From Octopus sinensis (Eukaryota), in assembly GCF_006345805.1 (NCBI RefSeq), contig NC_043014.1, forward strand, positions 10,292,001 through 10,356,000: a stretch of 64,000 nt of DNA, read 5' to 3'. The translations under genes and the position numbers were made by a program. The notes below the pieces were generated by a model. It saw only the letters and a list, made by a program, of their open reading frames with translations. It had not been told where the DNA came from and ran no database searches. The first letter of the stretch is position 1, and every line of letters begins with the position of its first letter. Below are positions 25,885-38,966 of this stretch, one piece after another.

Positions 25885-27414
25885 TACTAGCAGTATCGCC
25901 CGGCGTTGCCCGGGTTTGTAAGGGAAATAACTATATAAGCATTTTTAGAGAGTTACTTCCCTTACAGATGCCAATTCGGGCTTTCTTAGCCATTTCTGTT
26001 TTGGTGTCTTCAAGCCATGAAGTCGTTGTTCTAAAAGAACGCTGGTCTCCTTGACAACGCATTACGACGTTGATTTCCCTTACACTCCCTTCCCCACAGC
26101 TTCACGAGGGAGGGAAAGGGAGAAGCAAACAGGTGCAGGTGTGACCATGGACGCCAACTCCCCGCCATCGACACGAAAAATTATGCATTAAAATGGAATA
26201 AAAAATGATGTTAAATTTTTTTTAAAATCGTAGACTCATCGTTGACGCGCGCTAATAGTCAGACGGGCTCGATATGAATCACGACTATAAGATACCCGAA
26301 TTTGGTTAAAACTGCATCGCAAAATGTGGGAGGAGTTAGGAATCTTAAATCGTAGGAGACAGACACTCACACAACTACAGTTTATATATAATACTAGCAG
26401 TATCGCCCGGCGTTGCTCGGGTTTGTAAGGGAAATAACTATATAAGCATTTTTAGAGAGTTACTTCCCTTACAGATGCCAATTCGGGCTTTCTTAGCCAT
26501 TTCTGTTTTGGTGTCTTCAAGCCATGAAGTCGTTGTTCTAAAAGAACGCTGGTCTCCTTGACAACGCATTACGACGTTGATTTCCTTACACTCCCTTCCC
26601 CACAGCTTCACGAGGGAGGGAAAGGGGAGAAGCAAACAGGTGCAGGTGTGACCATGGACGCCAACTCCGCCGCCATCGACACGAAAAATTATGCATTAAA
26701 ATGGAATAAAAAATGATGTTAAATTATTTTTAAAATCGTAGACTCATCGTTGACGCGCGCTAATAGTCAGACGGGCTCGATATGAATCACGACTATAAGA
26801 TACCCGAATTTTGGTTAAACTGCATCGCAAAATGTGGGAGGAGTTAGGAATCTAAATCGTAGGAGACAGACACTCAACAAACTACAGTTTTATATATAAC
26901 TAGCAGTATCGCCCGGCGTTGCTCGGTTTGTAAGGGAAATAACTATATAAGCATTTTTAGAGAGTTACTTCCCTTACAGATGCCAATTCGGGCTTTCTTA
27001 GCCATTTTTTGTTTTGGTGTCTTCAAGGCATGAAGTCGTTGTTCTAAAGAACGCTGGTTTCCTTCACAACAACGCATTACGACGTTGATTTCTTTCACAC
27101 TCCCTTCCCCACAGCTTCACGAGGGAGGGAGGGGGAGAAGCAAAACAGGTGCAGCTGTTTGAGCGTGGACGCCAACTCCGCGCCGCCATGACATACGATG
27201 CATTTTATGCATTATGCATTAACATGGAATAAAAAAATGATGTTAATTATTTTTAAAATCGTAGACTCATCGTTGACAGCGCGCTAATAGTCAGACGGGC
27301 TCGATATGAATCACGACTATAAGATACCCGAATTTGGTTAAACTGCACCGCAAAATGTGGGAGGAGTTAGGATCTAAATCGAAGGGGACAGACACTCTCA
27401 CACAACTAGAGTTT

Positions 27415-27420
<6 letters not shown>
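25885..27420 (+). mobile_element. Three head-to-tail ~507-bp Helitron/Helentron-like non-autonomous elements (interior type 1)
   Basis: Units start at 25885, 26392 and ~26899 with ACTAGCAGTATCGCCCGGCGTTG(C/T)..GG and end GACAGACAC..CAACTA(C)AG..TTTATATA. No TIR or TSD. Classification is inferred from this terminal style. Confidence 0.65.
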
Positions 27421-27447
<27 letters not shown>

Positions 27448-27569
27448 TATATAATAATTATTTGAGGGAATAATCCAAACTCATAAGGAAAAAGAATTCA
27501 ATTTAGAAATACTAAATCAAATTCCACATATTTATAATTATAATTATAATTTAAGCCCTGTAAAAAAAA

Positions 27570-28145
27570 CCACCACCACCACCACCACACCACCACCATC
27601 ACCACCACCATTGCCGCCACCACCATCACCACCACCATCACCACCACCATCGCCGCCACCATCACCACCACCATCGCCGCCACCACCACCACCACCATCA
27701 CCACCACCATCGCCGCCACCATCACCACCACCACCATCGCCGCCACCACCAACACCACCTCCACCACCACCATCACCACCACCATCACCACCACCATCGC
27801 CGCCACCATCACCACCACCATCGCCGCTAGCACCACCACCACCACCATCACCACCACCATCGCCGCCACCACCACCACCATCGCCCGCCACCACCACCAC
27901 CATCACCACCACCATCACGGCCACACCGCCCCCACCACCACCACCACCAATCATCACCACCATCACCACCACCACCACCACACCACCACCACCACCACCA
28001 CCACCCATCACCAACTCCACCACCACCACCATCACCACCGCCACCACCACCACCATCATCATCACCACCATCATCATCACCACCACCATCCATCATCACC
28101 ACCACCCCACCACCACCAACCACCAACCACCACCCCACCAACACC
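27570..28145. repeat. GC-rich degenerate (ACC)n repeat with ATC/GCC variant units
   Basis: Direct reading. Confidence 0.9.
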
Positions 28146-28732
28146 ACCAATTTTCCGTGTGTCGGCGTCCAGGCTCACACATGCACCTGTGAAGCGTTGT
28201 CAAGGAGACCACCGTTCTTCTCAAAAAAATTTTTAACTTCGTATACTTGTAGAATGTGTCAAAATAAAACATTTTTTTCTCTTGGCTTTATTCAGAAAAT
28301 TCTAGAGTTTGTAAGATATTTGCTGTTTTTTCTTCTGCAATTTCAACTAATCAATGACGTCTATTGTGCAACTACTAATAAATACATTCGGTTGTGCAAA
28401 TTCTTTGCACGGGAAACCTGCCTTTGTGTGGCGTGTTTCCCCATTTTGTAAATTCGTCTTCGGCTTTCCTAGCCATTTCCTGCTTTGAGCATGGCGACTT
28501 CAAAGCCATGAAGTCGTTCTTCGAGAAGAACGGTGGTCTCCTTGACAACGCTTACGACGTTGATTTCCCTCCCCTCCCCTTCCCCACTGCTTCACGAGGG
28601 AGGAAAGAAGGAGAGGAGCGAGACAGGTGCAGGTGCGAGCATGGACGCCGACACACGAAGAATTGGAAGAACCCAGACGACAACTTCACAGTCAACGACT
28701 ACTACGGACAATCCTGCCACGACCACCACCGA

Positions 28733-29070
28733 CTATGGCGAAAGAATGTATCTGGTGGACGCATCTGAAAGGATTGGAGACAAACACTTTCCTCTCTGTT
28801 CAACCTCTCATCAACTTCTTCAAGTATCACTTGAAGAGGAAAGTGAGAGTAAAGAGGCAAGTTTTGTCTAGCGAATGTTTTAAAAAAAAGATGGGTGAAT
28901 GTAGCAAGGATGGCACGTATGAATGACGAAGCCACATTGAGCATGATCCTATGAACGAAAAAAGAGAAAGGAAAAAGAGAGACATTTACTGTAATGTGCT
29001 TTTTGTATGACATTCTTGCCCAAGGTTACCGTGGTGTTTCCGTAGGCTTTTCTTTTCACGGATAAACTTA
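28733..29070 (+). mobile_element. Third fragment of the Tx1-type LINE: ORF2 end and start of the 3' UTR
   Basis: MAKECIWWTHLKGLETNTFLS...EATLSMIL aligns with the reverse complement of ~21950-22175. Confidence 0.85.
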
Positions 29071-29114
29071 ATCGGTTTTCCCTTTTTAAATTGACATTTC
29101 TGTGAATTTGGTTG

Positions 29115-29250
29115 GGTTCCGTCTACCAAATCCACTCACAGGGCTTTGGTCGGCCCGAGGCTATAGTAGAAGATACTATAAGCCGTGGTACTGAACCCGG
29201 AACCTTGTGGTTGGTAAGCAAGCTACTTACCACACAGCCACTCCTGCACC
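29115..29250 (-). mobile_element. SINE family A, 5' half
   Basis: Reverse complement of the family A head. Confidence 0.8.
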
Positions 29251-29264
29251 TATATATATATATA

Positions 29265-30046
29265 TATATAAACGGCAGTTTGTCTGTCTGTGTGTCTCTG
29301 TGTCTGTCAGGTTGTACCCTGACCCTGACCACAGCTTTCAACCGATTCTGATGAAACTTGACACACACATAGCCCAACGTCATAATTCAAAACTAACGCA
29401 GCGACACAATTTTGAAAAGTTCCCCCAGTTCTAAAAAAAATCGATAATTCGACATGGGGTCGAGAATCTAAGCTTTTATATGCAACATTTTCTTCTTTGT
29501 AGTTTTCGCAACTTGCAATCGATTTTCACCAAACTCATGGTGAAGCTTAATGTTACCCCTAAGAAACTTAATTCTGGCGTTAGTTTTCCATGCAATACCT
29601 TACCATCAGAAAAAATCGATAAAATCATACCATTTTGGGAAATCGCGTTCAAATTCAAGATGACATATTTTCGACAATATCTTTCACAAATTGGCAGGAA
29701 TTTTTTTTTTATTCACAGCGAATATCTAGTCTGGTCCAAGGAGCTATATGGCCCTTTTTATCCCAATATGATACTTTATTACTGGAAAAAATCGGTTAAT
29801 TAAATCATATGTGGCACACATAGCAAACCGATTTGTGTATTAAACACAAACCACAGACTGTCTAGGGGATGCAATTGGTTGGGTTGAATTATCGATAGCT
29901 GTTTGATAGTTATTTGGAAGTGAAGAGAAGACATTGCAACCTACACATGCGCCTTCGTTCCCTAGAGAGAAAGGACTAGATTGGGATTAGTCGTTGCCTA
30001 CTAGGGGCTCTTACATACCCGGTCAACGCTGGGCTATGCTGCTAGT
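29265..30046 (-). mobile_element. Helitron/Helentron-like non-autonomous element (interior type 3)
   Basis: Minus strand starts ACTAGCAGCATAGCCCAGCGTTGACCGGG and ends GACAGACAAAC..TTTATATATATA. Confidence 0.5.
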
Positions 30047-30047
30047 C

Positions 30048-30434
30048 TATATATATAAAGCTGAAGTTGTCTGTGTGTGGCAGGTTTGGTAGCCTTCAAT
30101 AAACACTATCTCCTCCGAGACCTTGCAGTGCAAGTTGACCAAAATTGAGAGTATGATAGAAGAAGGCTTGCTCTTCCTTCCGTAGTAGATGAAATTCAAA
30201 TCGGACCATGTTGAGACCAAACATTATTTATATCAAAATTGTGCTTTTTTTCTATGAAAATCCCTATTTTTTACAATTTTTTTACTGCTGTGCCGCCATT
30301 TTTCAGTGTATTTCAACCAGAAAAATGTTCACTTAAAGAGAATAACAAGCTACATATTGCAAAATTTTTACTTTTCAAAAATTCTAATTTTGAAGGGCCG
30401 AAACAAACCCGAGAAACACCGGGCGATACTGCTA
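30048..30434 (-). mobile_element. Helitron/Helentron-like non-autonomous element (interior type 4), abutting the previous one
   Basis: Minus strand starts TAGCAGTATCGCCCGGTGTTTCTCGGGTTTG and ends CACACAGACAAC..TTTATATATATAG. Confidence 0.5.
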
Positions 30435-30876
30435 TTTATTGATAAATAGAAGTATTACATCATGCTAAAATGAAAGACGTTGTTACCAGGTGAATATATA
30501 TATATATAAGAATTAATCATGTTGAACAACATCTGCATAACAAATCAAAACTGCCAATTTTGACTTGACTCTCTGTATAAACTAATTTATGTGCTGATAT
30601 TATGAAGCTTTATTAGATTGTAATTATTGATCCTAAATGTTTGTCGCAGACCTATTCACCAATATTCTCTAGGCATTTTCTGAAGGTCGTGTAGAAAGGT
30701 GACAGCGCCTGACAATGGCGATTACAAACAGAGCGATGTCTTCAGCATCATCTACATCAGTTATTATTATGGATAGGTAGCGAAGGAAGATGGATGTCTC
30801 AGGAGCTGAATTTGTTTGGGTTTTTTTTTGCGTTATTTGTATGTTTTTTTCTTCTTGTGTTGTCTTTTTTTTTCAG

Positions 30877-30998
30877 GTTTTGTCAGTGAATGGCGTGAAG
30901 AAGAACGCAACTGAGACAGATGATAAATGTGAATGGTTCAATAGTGCCAACCTGCAAGACACCTGCGTTGGTGTCGAAGAATTCGATATCTCCTTCAG
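30877..30998 (+). other. Weak candidate internal coding exon
   Basis: Strong polypyrimidine tract plus CAG ending at 30876. One open frame, [40 protein letters not shown]. Weak donor AG|GTTGTA. No recognisable homology. Confidence 0.2.
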
Positions 30999-31579
30999 GT
31001 TGTATTTATATGTGTGCGTGTGTGTATGTCTGTGTGTGCGTGCGTGCCTGTGTGTGCGTGTGCCTGTGTGTGTGCAAATATACACATTCATATGGATATA
31101 CACGTACATGTACACAATGTAGTTGTGTGTGTAGGTGTGCGTGTGTGTATGTGTGTGTGTGTGTATGTGTGTGTGTGTGTTTGATACAACAGCTTTAGGG
31201 CAAAATTTAACTACGTAGCACGAGTTGGATTTCTTACAAATGCGATACATTTAAGAGTGTTTCCAAACGTTGGAAGAGAGAGAAAGTGAGAGAGAGAAGA
31301 AAGACAGACAGAGACAGTGTCAAAGTGAAAGAGAGAGCGTGTGACAGAGAAACAGAGAGAGGTTAAAGATTTTCATGAGTGTAGGATCAACTTCTGCGTT
31401 GAAATTCTATGTGCATGTGGCCATATTTGTTTAAAGCAACCGGATATATTTCTGCCCAATGTGTGTACGTATTTAGATAGGGATATCCAATTCAGGTGGA
31501 AAACAGTAAATTTGGGGATTAGGTTACTGAATTGGAAGTGAAAAGAATTGAAGTCCACTGGCCATGGATTTGTAGAATT

Positions 31580-31930
31580 TGTTAGTGAGCAAATCGACGG
31601 CAGGACTTATACTTTGTAAGTCTTGTACTTATTCTATCGGTCTCTTTTGCAGAACTGCTAAGTTACGGAGACGTAAACACACCACCATCGGTTGTCAAGC
31701 AATGTTGAGGGGACAAACACAGACACTCAAACATGCACACACGCACACACACTATATATATATATATATCCGAGAGGCTTCTTTCAGTTTCCGTCTACCA
31801 AATCCACTCACAAGGCTTTGGTCAGTCCTAAGCTATAGTAGAAGACACTTGCCCAAGGTGCTATGCAGTGGGAACGAACCCGGAACCATGTGGTAAGCAA
31901 GCTACTTACCACACAGCCAATCCTGCGCCT
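31580..31930 (-). mobile_element. SINE family A
   Basis: Reverse complement of the family A sequence. Confidence 0.85.
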
Positions 31931-32987
31931 AAAATTTGTTATTCTTTTTCAAATGTTCCATATGTAATTTCACCGGGGTAGATTGGTATGTATGAAGTCA
32001 TTCGTTGAAATGATGCATACAGGGTAGAGTATATAAATATGAAATTTTATTTTGTGCACAGGGTTTTCAATATCCATATTAATAACTTTTCTTCTCACTC
32101 TTTATCTTTAAATTTATTCGCCTGAACTGATCATTAAACTCCAACTATATTGCGCTTATATTCTTTATTGTTAATCAATCCGTTCTAATGCTTATTTGTG
32201 ACTTCTCTGTTCTTTATTTCCTACTGTATTCTAAACTTCTCAATCCCCATGGCACCAAATCATATAAAAATGGACATAATATCTGCAGAACGCTCACTCA
32301 TTTTGCAGTTTGGTTATCGAATGTTTAATGTTACTTATTTTTATTCTTGTTGCAAATAAATTACATATTTTTTGTCTGTATACTAGATGATGTTTCCCAA
32401 ATTTAGTATAAACTTGGTGGGATTTTTTTCCTGTCCCTGCATTCTTTGCAAGCAACATTCATTGCGATATGCTATAAAGTTTTGGTTATTTTACACCACG
32501 ATTTTAATATGGCTTATTCTCCATGTGATCTTTGTTTCTCGTATCAAGTAACCGTACAGCACAGTAGCAATACGCTTCTCTATTTTGGTTGTTTTTGTAG
32601 TAGCAGCCACAATCTTGAAATGCTTCGTGCGGAGATATCAATGTCGAGTTTTATTTCATGTTTCTCCTCAAAGACATTAGCTATCCTAATAACGACTTTT
32701 ATTTCATGTTTGCAAACTTGAGCAATATTCTTACGGAACATTTTATTATTTTCTGCTGAACATGATAGTTAAATGTTACAATTCCAGTTTTATTAGGGTT
32801 TACAAAAGACTTGATGGCATAGTCTTCTTCTTCTGTGTTTCATATGTATACCTTACAAATGATGCTAAAATTTCCAGTCAAAGCGAACAGTTTCCAAATT
32901 CTTTTATCAATTTCTACGAATTCTTGTATTGATTAAGTCAGACGTTCGAAGGTAGAATCTGACAATAAAATCTGTAAATGATTTTTC

Positions 32988-33746
32988 AAGCAATGGTGGT
33001 GTTGAATTGCATATTTAGTCTCTTTTAGTGACGAATGTATTTGTACCTATTGGTTTTAAATTGCATCTAGCCACTTCAACAAGTACATATATAAAAATGG
33101 ATCAAAACGCAAGAGAGGGCATTAAAACGTTCCAATCTCTAGACGAATAAAGGCGGACAGAGAAACAAGAATTAGAAGGACAGGCAAAAAAAAGACGAGT
33201 CATTCTTAGCTTCCTTTCATCAGTCAAGTCCCAGAAGTCACGACTATTTCGGGCAGTTACACTTCATATATATGCATTATGTATATTTATGTATGTATAT
33301 ATATATATATAGGCGCAGGAGTGGCTGTGTGGTAAGTAGATTGCTAATCAACCACATGGTTCCGGGTTCAGTCCCACTGCGTGGCATCTTGGGCAAGTGT
33401 CTTCTGCTATAGCCCCGGGCCGACCAATGCCTTGTGAGTGGATTTGGTAGACGGAAACTGAAAGAAGCCTGTCGTATATATGTATATGTATACATATATA
33501 TGTGTGTGTGTGTATGTGTTTGTGTGTCTGTGTTTGTCCCCCTAGCATTGCTTGACAACCGATGCTGGTGTATTTACGTCCCCGTCACCTAGCGATTCGG
33601 CAAAAGTGACCGATAGAATATGTACTGGGCTTACAAAGAATAAGTCCCGGGGTCGATTTGATCGACTAAAGGCGGTGCTCCAGCATGGCCGCAGTCAAAT
33701 GACTGAAACAAGTAAAAGAGTAAAAGAGTAAAGAGTATATATATAT

Positions 33747-33783
<37 letters not shown>

Positions 33784-33830
33784 TTACATTTTATTTATGT
33801 ATTTCTATAAATTTTATTTTACTGTATCTA
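32988..33830. repeat. Unclassified interspersed repeat interrupted by a SINE; second copy at ~38818-39320
   Basis: About 300 bp before and about 50 bp after the SINE align with 38818-39320. Confidence 0.7.
33312..33736 (+). mobile_element. SINE family A, full length, inserted in a TA tract of the above repeat
   Basis: Complete head, internal microsatellite and tail. Confidence 0.92.
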
Positions 33831-34614
33831 TAAGACAGTCCTTTGACGAAAATGGTATGCATATTTTGCTTTGGCGGTTAATGGCGGCCAGACCGAGGCT
33901 AGGATCAAGCTGAAAATTAGCAGGGATACTAAATGCTTGGTGAGGATGGGACCCACGATTGTTAAAATTCGCAAGCTATAAAGATGTGGTTGCTATGGCA
34001 AAAAGAGTGATTTTTTTTATCGATTCAAGGGGGCCCAGAGCCCCTCTAGGTTTATGCGATTTGTTCTTATGCCCAGCGGCATGCCCTGCAATCTGTTGTG
34101 CTTACTAAACATATATTTTGTCGCGAAATTCCGGCTACTAGGTAACGATTTTTCATTGGGGAAAAACGAGTGTTTTTTGCCCTCATTATCTTTTAACATT
34201 TAAAAATTTTTTTTTTCTTCAATTCCTCACCTTAAAAATGTGGCCCGAGTAGACCTGAATGAAATCGGGTCATAATACTTGTATACTTATATATTTATAT
34301 ATACTTTGAGGAGACTGACAGTTACTGATAAATGTAATCTTTTCTTTCATGTATGTATATATGTGGTGTGTGTGTGTATGTAGGTGTGTGTGTGTATGTT
34401 TAGTTATAATAAGAACAATTTTACATTAAACCTGGGTGTGCGGTGTTATTCTATACTTTTCAATTGTACAAGATTATACTAAAACCACAATATTTCTGGT
34501 AATGACTTCAAAATTTCGGCCATTTGAGGAATTGTCCAGGTCGATAGCTTAACTAGCTGGAACTTCAAAATATCGAACTCACTACAAAGAATATTCTTGT
34601 TTGAAAATAAGCAC

Positions 34615-34893
34615 ACACACACATACACACATACACACATACACACATACATACATACATACATACATACATACACACACATACATACATACATACACAC
34701 ATACACACATACACACATACACAATACATACATACATACATAATACATACAACATAATATCATACTAAAACACATACAAAACATACATACATACATACGT
34801 ACATACATACATACATACATACATACATCATACATACATCATACATACACACATACATACATACATACAACATACATACATACATACATACAT
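34615..34893. repeat. (CATA)n/(CA)n microsatellite
   Basis: Direct reading. Confidence 0.9.
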
Positions 34894-35128
34894 AGGAATA
34901 TCCTTAATATTCCTAGATTTCTCTATGTTTGGTATTGTAAGATATATTTGAAATTTGGACGAATATATGCTGATCAAATTCGCACACATATGTGTTGAAA
35001 GTGGTTTGTCTAATCAGAATTTGTTCCTAATATTTTTTTATCCCTGTCTAACGCCTCAGGTTCGACCTGAACACTTCTAACTAATCGATCTAATTCGTAA
35101 GAAAAGTATAGCTCCCTCCCTCTCTCTC

Positions 35129-35243
<115 letters not shown>

Positions 35244-35544
35244 TGAATACACAACACACACACACACACTATATGTATATATATATATATATATAGTTAT
35301 ATATTCATTTTTTTCCCTCATTAGATTGAGGCCATGTTGAAGCACCACCTTCAAGAACTGTATCTCGAATGAATCGATCCCGAGTGTGTTTGTGGGAGAG
35401 TGTTGCGCGTGTGTGAGTGAATGAGTGAGCGAGCGAGCGAGCGAGTTTGTGTGTTTATATATATATATGAGTGATTGTACACATATACACTGAAGCAGAG
35501 AGCGTAATTATGCTTGCATATTGGTTGACCTGCCTTCAAAAAAT

Positions 35545-35770
35545 CAAGACCACATGACAGAAAAGCACTGTGACAGCATATTTTTTATCTCAAGAGGTTC
35601 AGGTTTATTTTAAATTATTTTAAAAGAATACAAAGACGAAACCAAACATCATAAGATTTGCTTGAACGCTACTTGGACACACTCCTCCTAGAAATAAAAG
35701 ACGAACCCCCGGACAGCCGGACACATCACCACAAACAACTCCAAGACTTGCAACGAAAGAAACCTGAGAG
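35545..35770 (+). mobile_element. Decayed CR1/Jockey-group LINE 3' end
   Basis: FFISRGSGLF*IILKEYKDE followed by LLERYLDTLLLEIKDEPP resembles the C-terminal RGP.LFN.LP..IR / LD..L..IPD.P pattern of these RTs. Confidence 0.4.
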
Positions 35771-35854
35771 TTTATATATATGCGTCTTTGTGTGTGTGTG
35801 TGTGTGTGTTGTAGTTATTGCGTGCGAATGTGGGCTTATGTTTGTGATCATACA

Positions 35855-35968
35855 TATTCTATCGGTCTCTTTTGCCGAACCGCTAAGTGACGGGGACCGT
35901 AAACACACCAGCATCGATTGTCAAGCAATGCTAGGGGGACAAACACAGACACACAAACATACACACGC

Positions 35969-36000
<32 letters not shown>

Positions 36001-36023
36001 TATAAATTATATATATATATATA

Positions 36024-36067
<44 letters not shown>

Positions 36068-36281
36068 ATATATATATATATATATACACATATATATATA
36101 TATATAATATATATATACGACAGGCTTCTTTCAGTTTCCGTCTACCAAATCCACTCACAAGGCATTGGTCGGACCGGGGCTATAGCAGAAGACACTTGCC
36201 CAAGATGCCACGCAGCGGGACTGAACCCGGAAACATGTGGTTGGTTAGCAAGCTACTCACCACACGGCCACTCCTGCGCCT
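35855..36281 (-). mobile_element. SINE family A, tail truncated, with expanded internal (TA)n
   Basis: Reverse complement of the family A sequence. Confidence 0.85.
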
Positions 36282-36312
36282 ATATGCGTGTGACTGTGTG
36301 TAAATATGATTG

Positions 36313-36362
<50 letters not shown>

Positions 36363-36753
36363 TGTGTGTGTGTGTATGTGTGTGTGTGTGTGTGTGGTGT
36401 GTGCGCGAATGTCCGTCTGTGTGTGCACGCTTGTGGACCGTAGGAGATGTCGATACATTGGGAAACAACAAACTGTACAGCGACGAATCCGGAAAGAAAT
36501 TATAAGTATATATTTAAAATTGCTGAAGGCATGAATTTGTATTTCTATGCTAATTAGTTGAAAAGAAGAACACGGATCTTATCTTCATAGTATTGAGCAT
36601 ATTTCCTGAATGTATCTCTTATCCGCAAGAGCTGACTTAACAAATATGAACAATGTCCCGGAGCATTTTTGCATTAATGACTTCAAGTATTGTTTGCATA
36701 AGTTTTGGGCGCGCAAACACATGCATACAAACACACACACACACACACGTATA

Positions 36754-36800
<47 letters not shown>

Positions 36801-36858
36801 CACACAGACATATATATACATATATACATATGTATGTATGTAAGTATGTATGTATGTA

Positions 36859-36891
<33 letters not shown>

Positions 36892-36933
36892 GTATATACA
36901 CATATATACATACACATATATGTATATATATTG

Positions 36934-36977
<44 letters not shown>

Positions 36978-37186
36978 GACCTGCATACATACATACATAC
37001 ATACATATATATACACATATATATACATATATATATACATATATACATACGTATATATATATATTATATATATATATACATATATATTCCTGAGCGCCAT
37101 ACTAATACATTGTTTGTTTGTACTCCACCTGCTTTCGTCTTTTGTTTATCTTCGTAAACCTTCCCGTTATATACATATATACATAC

Positions 37187-37245
<59 letters not shown>

Positions 37246-37807
37246 TATAAACAGATAGACAGACAGGCGTCCATGTATAACTGCACAGTGGTATATATTG
37301 CTGGATTCAAAGTATCTGGCTGCATCGTGGAAGTCTCTCCCGGTGTGGTAATCAATTATATGTATAAAGAATGTATACGCTACCAATGTAATTCTTTATC
37401 TCCCATGGGGAGGAAATACTTATAGAATTGTTGATTTCCATCTTGCAAGAATTTGCATGAACACCAGTAATGCTAACAAATCAACTAACTTTATTAATCC
37501 TCTCAAATGAATTAGAGCGAACTTAGCTTAACTACAATCCTAACTTATTTCAAAATCTCGCAAACTGGAAATAAATAACAATGAAACTATCTCTCACTAT
37601 GGTTTACAGACACACAAACACACATACACGCATACACACACATATTTGCGTACTAATACATATATTTATTTATTTATTTATTTATTTATCTACTTATATA
37701 TATATCAACGTGACCGACCAAGCCATCAGATGTTGCTACACATCACTGATCAAAATTCGCTTCGCATTGCTTTAGTCCTCAAATGACGCTGCTCCAGTAT
37801 ATTTATA

Positions 37808-38172
37808 TACTAGCAGTATTGCCCGGCTCGTGCGCTCGTGCGTTCTATGCACGCACGAATTAAGCTAAACTTGGATGAAGTTCAATCAAAATTCAATTAT
37901 TTTGGTTTTAAAATCAAACAGCTGAATGAGTAAAGTTCACTATTCAATGCATGGGATAAGGCCTAAACAAACACATTATCGATTGCTGCACTTGCGACAT
38001 GAATTTTGGAACAGAAATAGCGAGGTTCAATTTTCATTCGCTAAACTTTAAGTGACCCATTTTTGGTGGTTCTACGATTTGTTGGCTAGGAGGAGATGTG
38101 CCGGGAAGTTAAACACACAGACACACACACAGATACACACACAGACACACAAGTTGAGTTTTATATATATAG
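37808..38172 (+). mobile_element. Helitron/Helentron-like non-autonomous element (interior type 2)
   Basis: Starts TACTAGCAGTATTGCCCGGC and ends ACACAAGTTGAGTTTTATATATATAG. Aligns with 5812-6228. Confidence 0.55.
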
Positions 38173-38379
38173 ATATACACACATATATATATATGTACAT
38201 GTATGCATGTACATAGACATAGATATACATACGTACATATATTGTTTATGTAAATTGATAGATAGATAGAGAGAGAGAGAGACAGAGAGAGACAGAGAGA
38301 GACAGAGAGAGACAGAGAGATAAATAGATAGATAGATAGATAAATAGATAGACAGACAGATAGATAGATAGATAGATAT

Positions 38380-38457
<78 letters not shown>

Positions 38458-38458
<1 letters not shown>

Positions 38459-38680
38459 CATGAGGGTGCGCTGAAAAACCCCAGTTTTGGATAAAGGGCG
38501 ATACAAGTGGATCAGTTAATTATGATTCTATTCAACATATTCTCCTCTCAGATTCACAAACTTATTGCAGGAGTCCTTCAGTTTTTTTTAAGCCCTGTAA
38601 AAGAACTGAGAATGTTGGAACCCCGACCAGGCATTTCATGACACCCTCAAAGCCAGAAACATTTCAGTACCTCCCCACCA
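38458..38680. mobile_element. Possible degenerate mariner-type MITE
   Basis: The left end GAGGGTGCGCTGAAAAACCCCAG and the right end CCAGAAACATTTCAGTACCTCC form a loose inverted repeat. Confidence 0.35.
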
Positions 38681-38920
38681 CCATATATACATATATGTAT
38701 TTATATATGTATATCGTTTGCTATGGGGTGATTATCTCCCTTGTCAGTGAATAAAAAGTGCTCTGTTGAAGGGAAAATGCTTTGTTCTTCTCCAAGATTA
38801 GTTTTCACTTATAATTCAAGCAATGGTTGTATTGAATTGCATATTTAGACTCTTTTAATGACGAATGTATCTTTATCTTTTGGTTTTAAATTGCATCTAG
38901 CCATTTCAACAATATACATA

Positions 38921-38966
<46 letters not shown>

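Noticed and set aside
27611-28192. Extensin-like SPPP-rich 193-aa ORF and Gly/Asp-rich antisense ORFs
   Set aside because: Explained by the (ACC)n repeat. Starts at a non-ATG codon, with no signal peptide or splice support.
33140-33262. Minus-strand CUGAUGAAAGG with a nearby CCGAAA as a hammerhead (also ~39000-39130)
   Set aside because: Neither type I nor type II pairing gives acceptable stems I and III in either copy.
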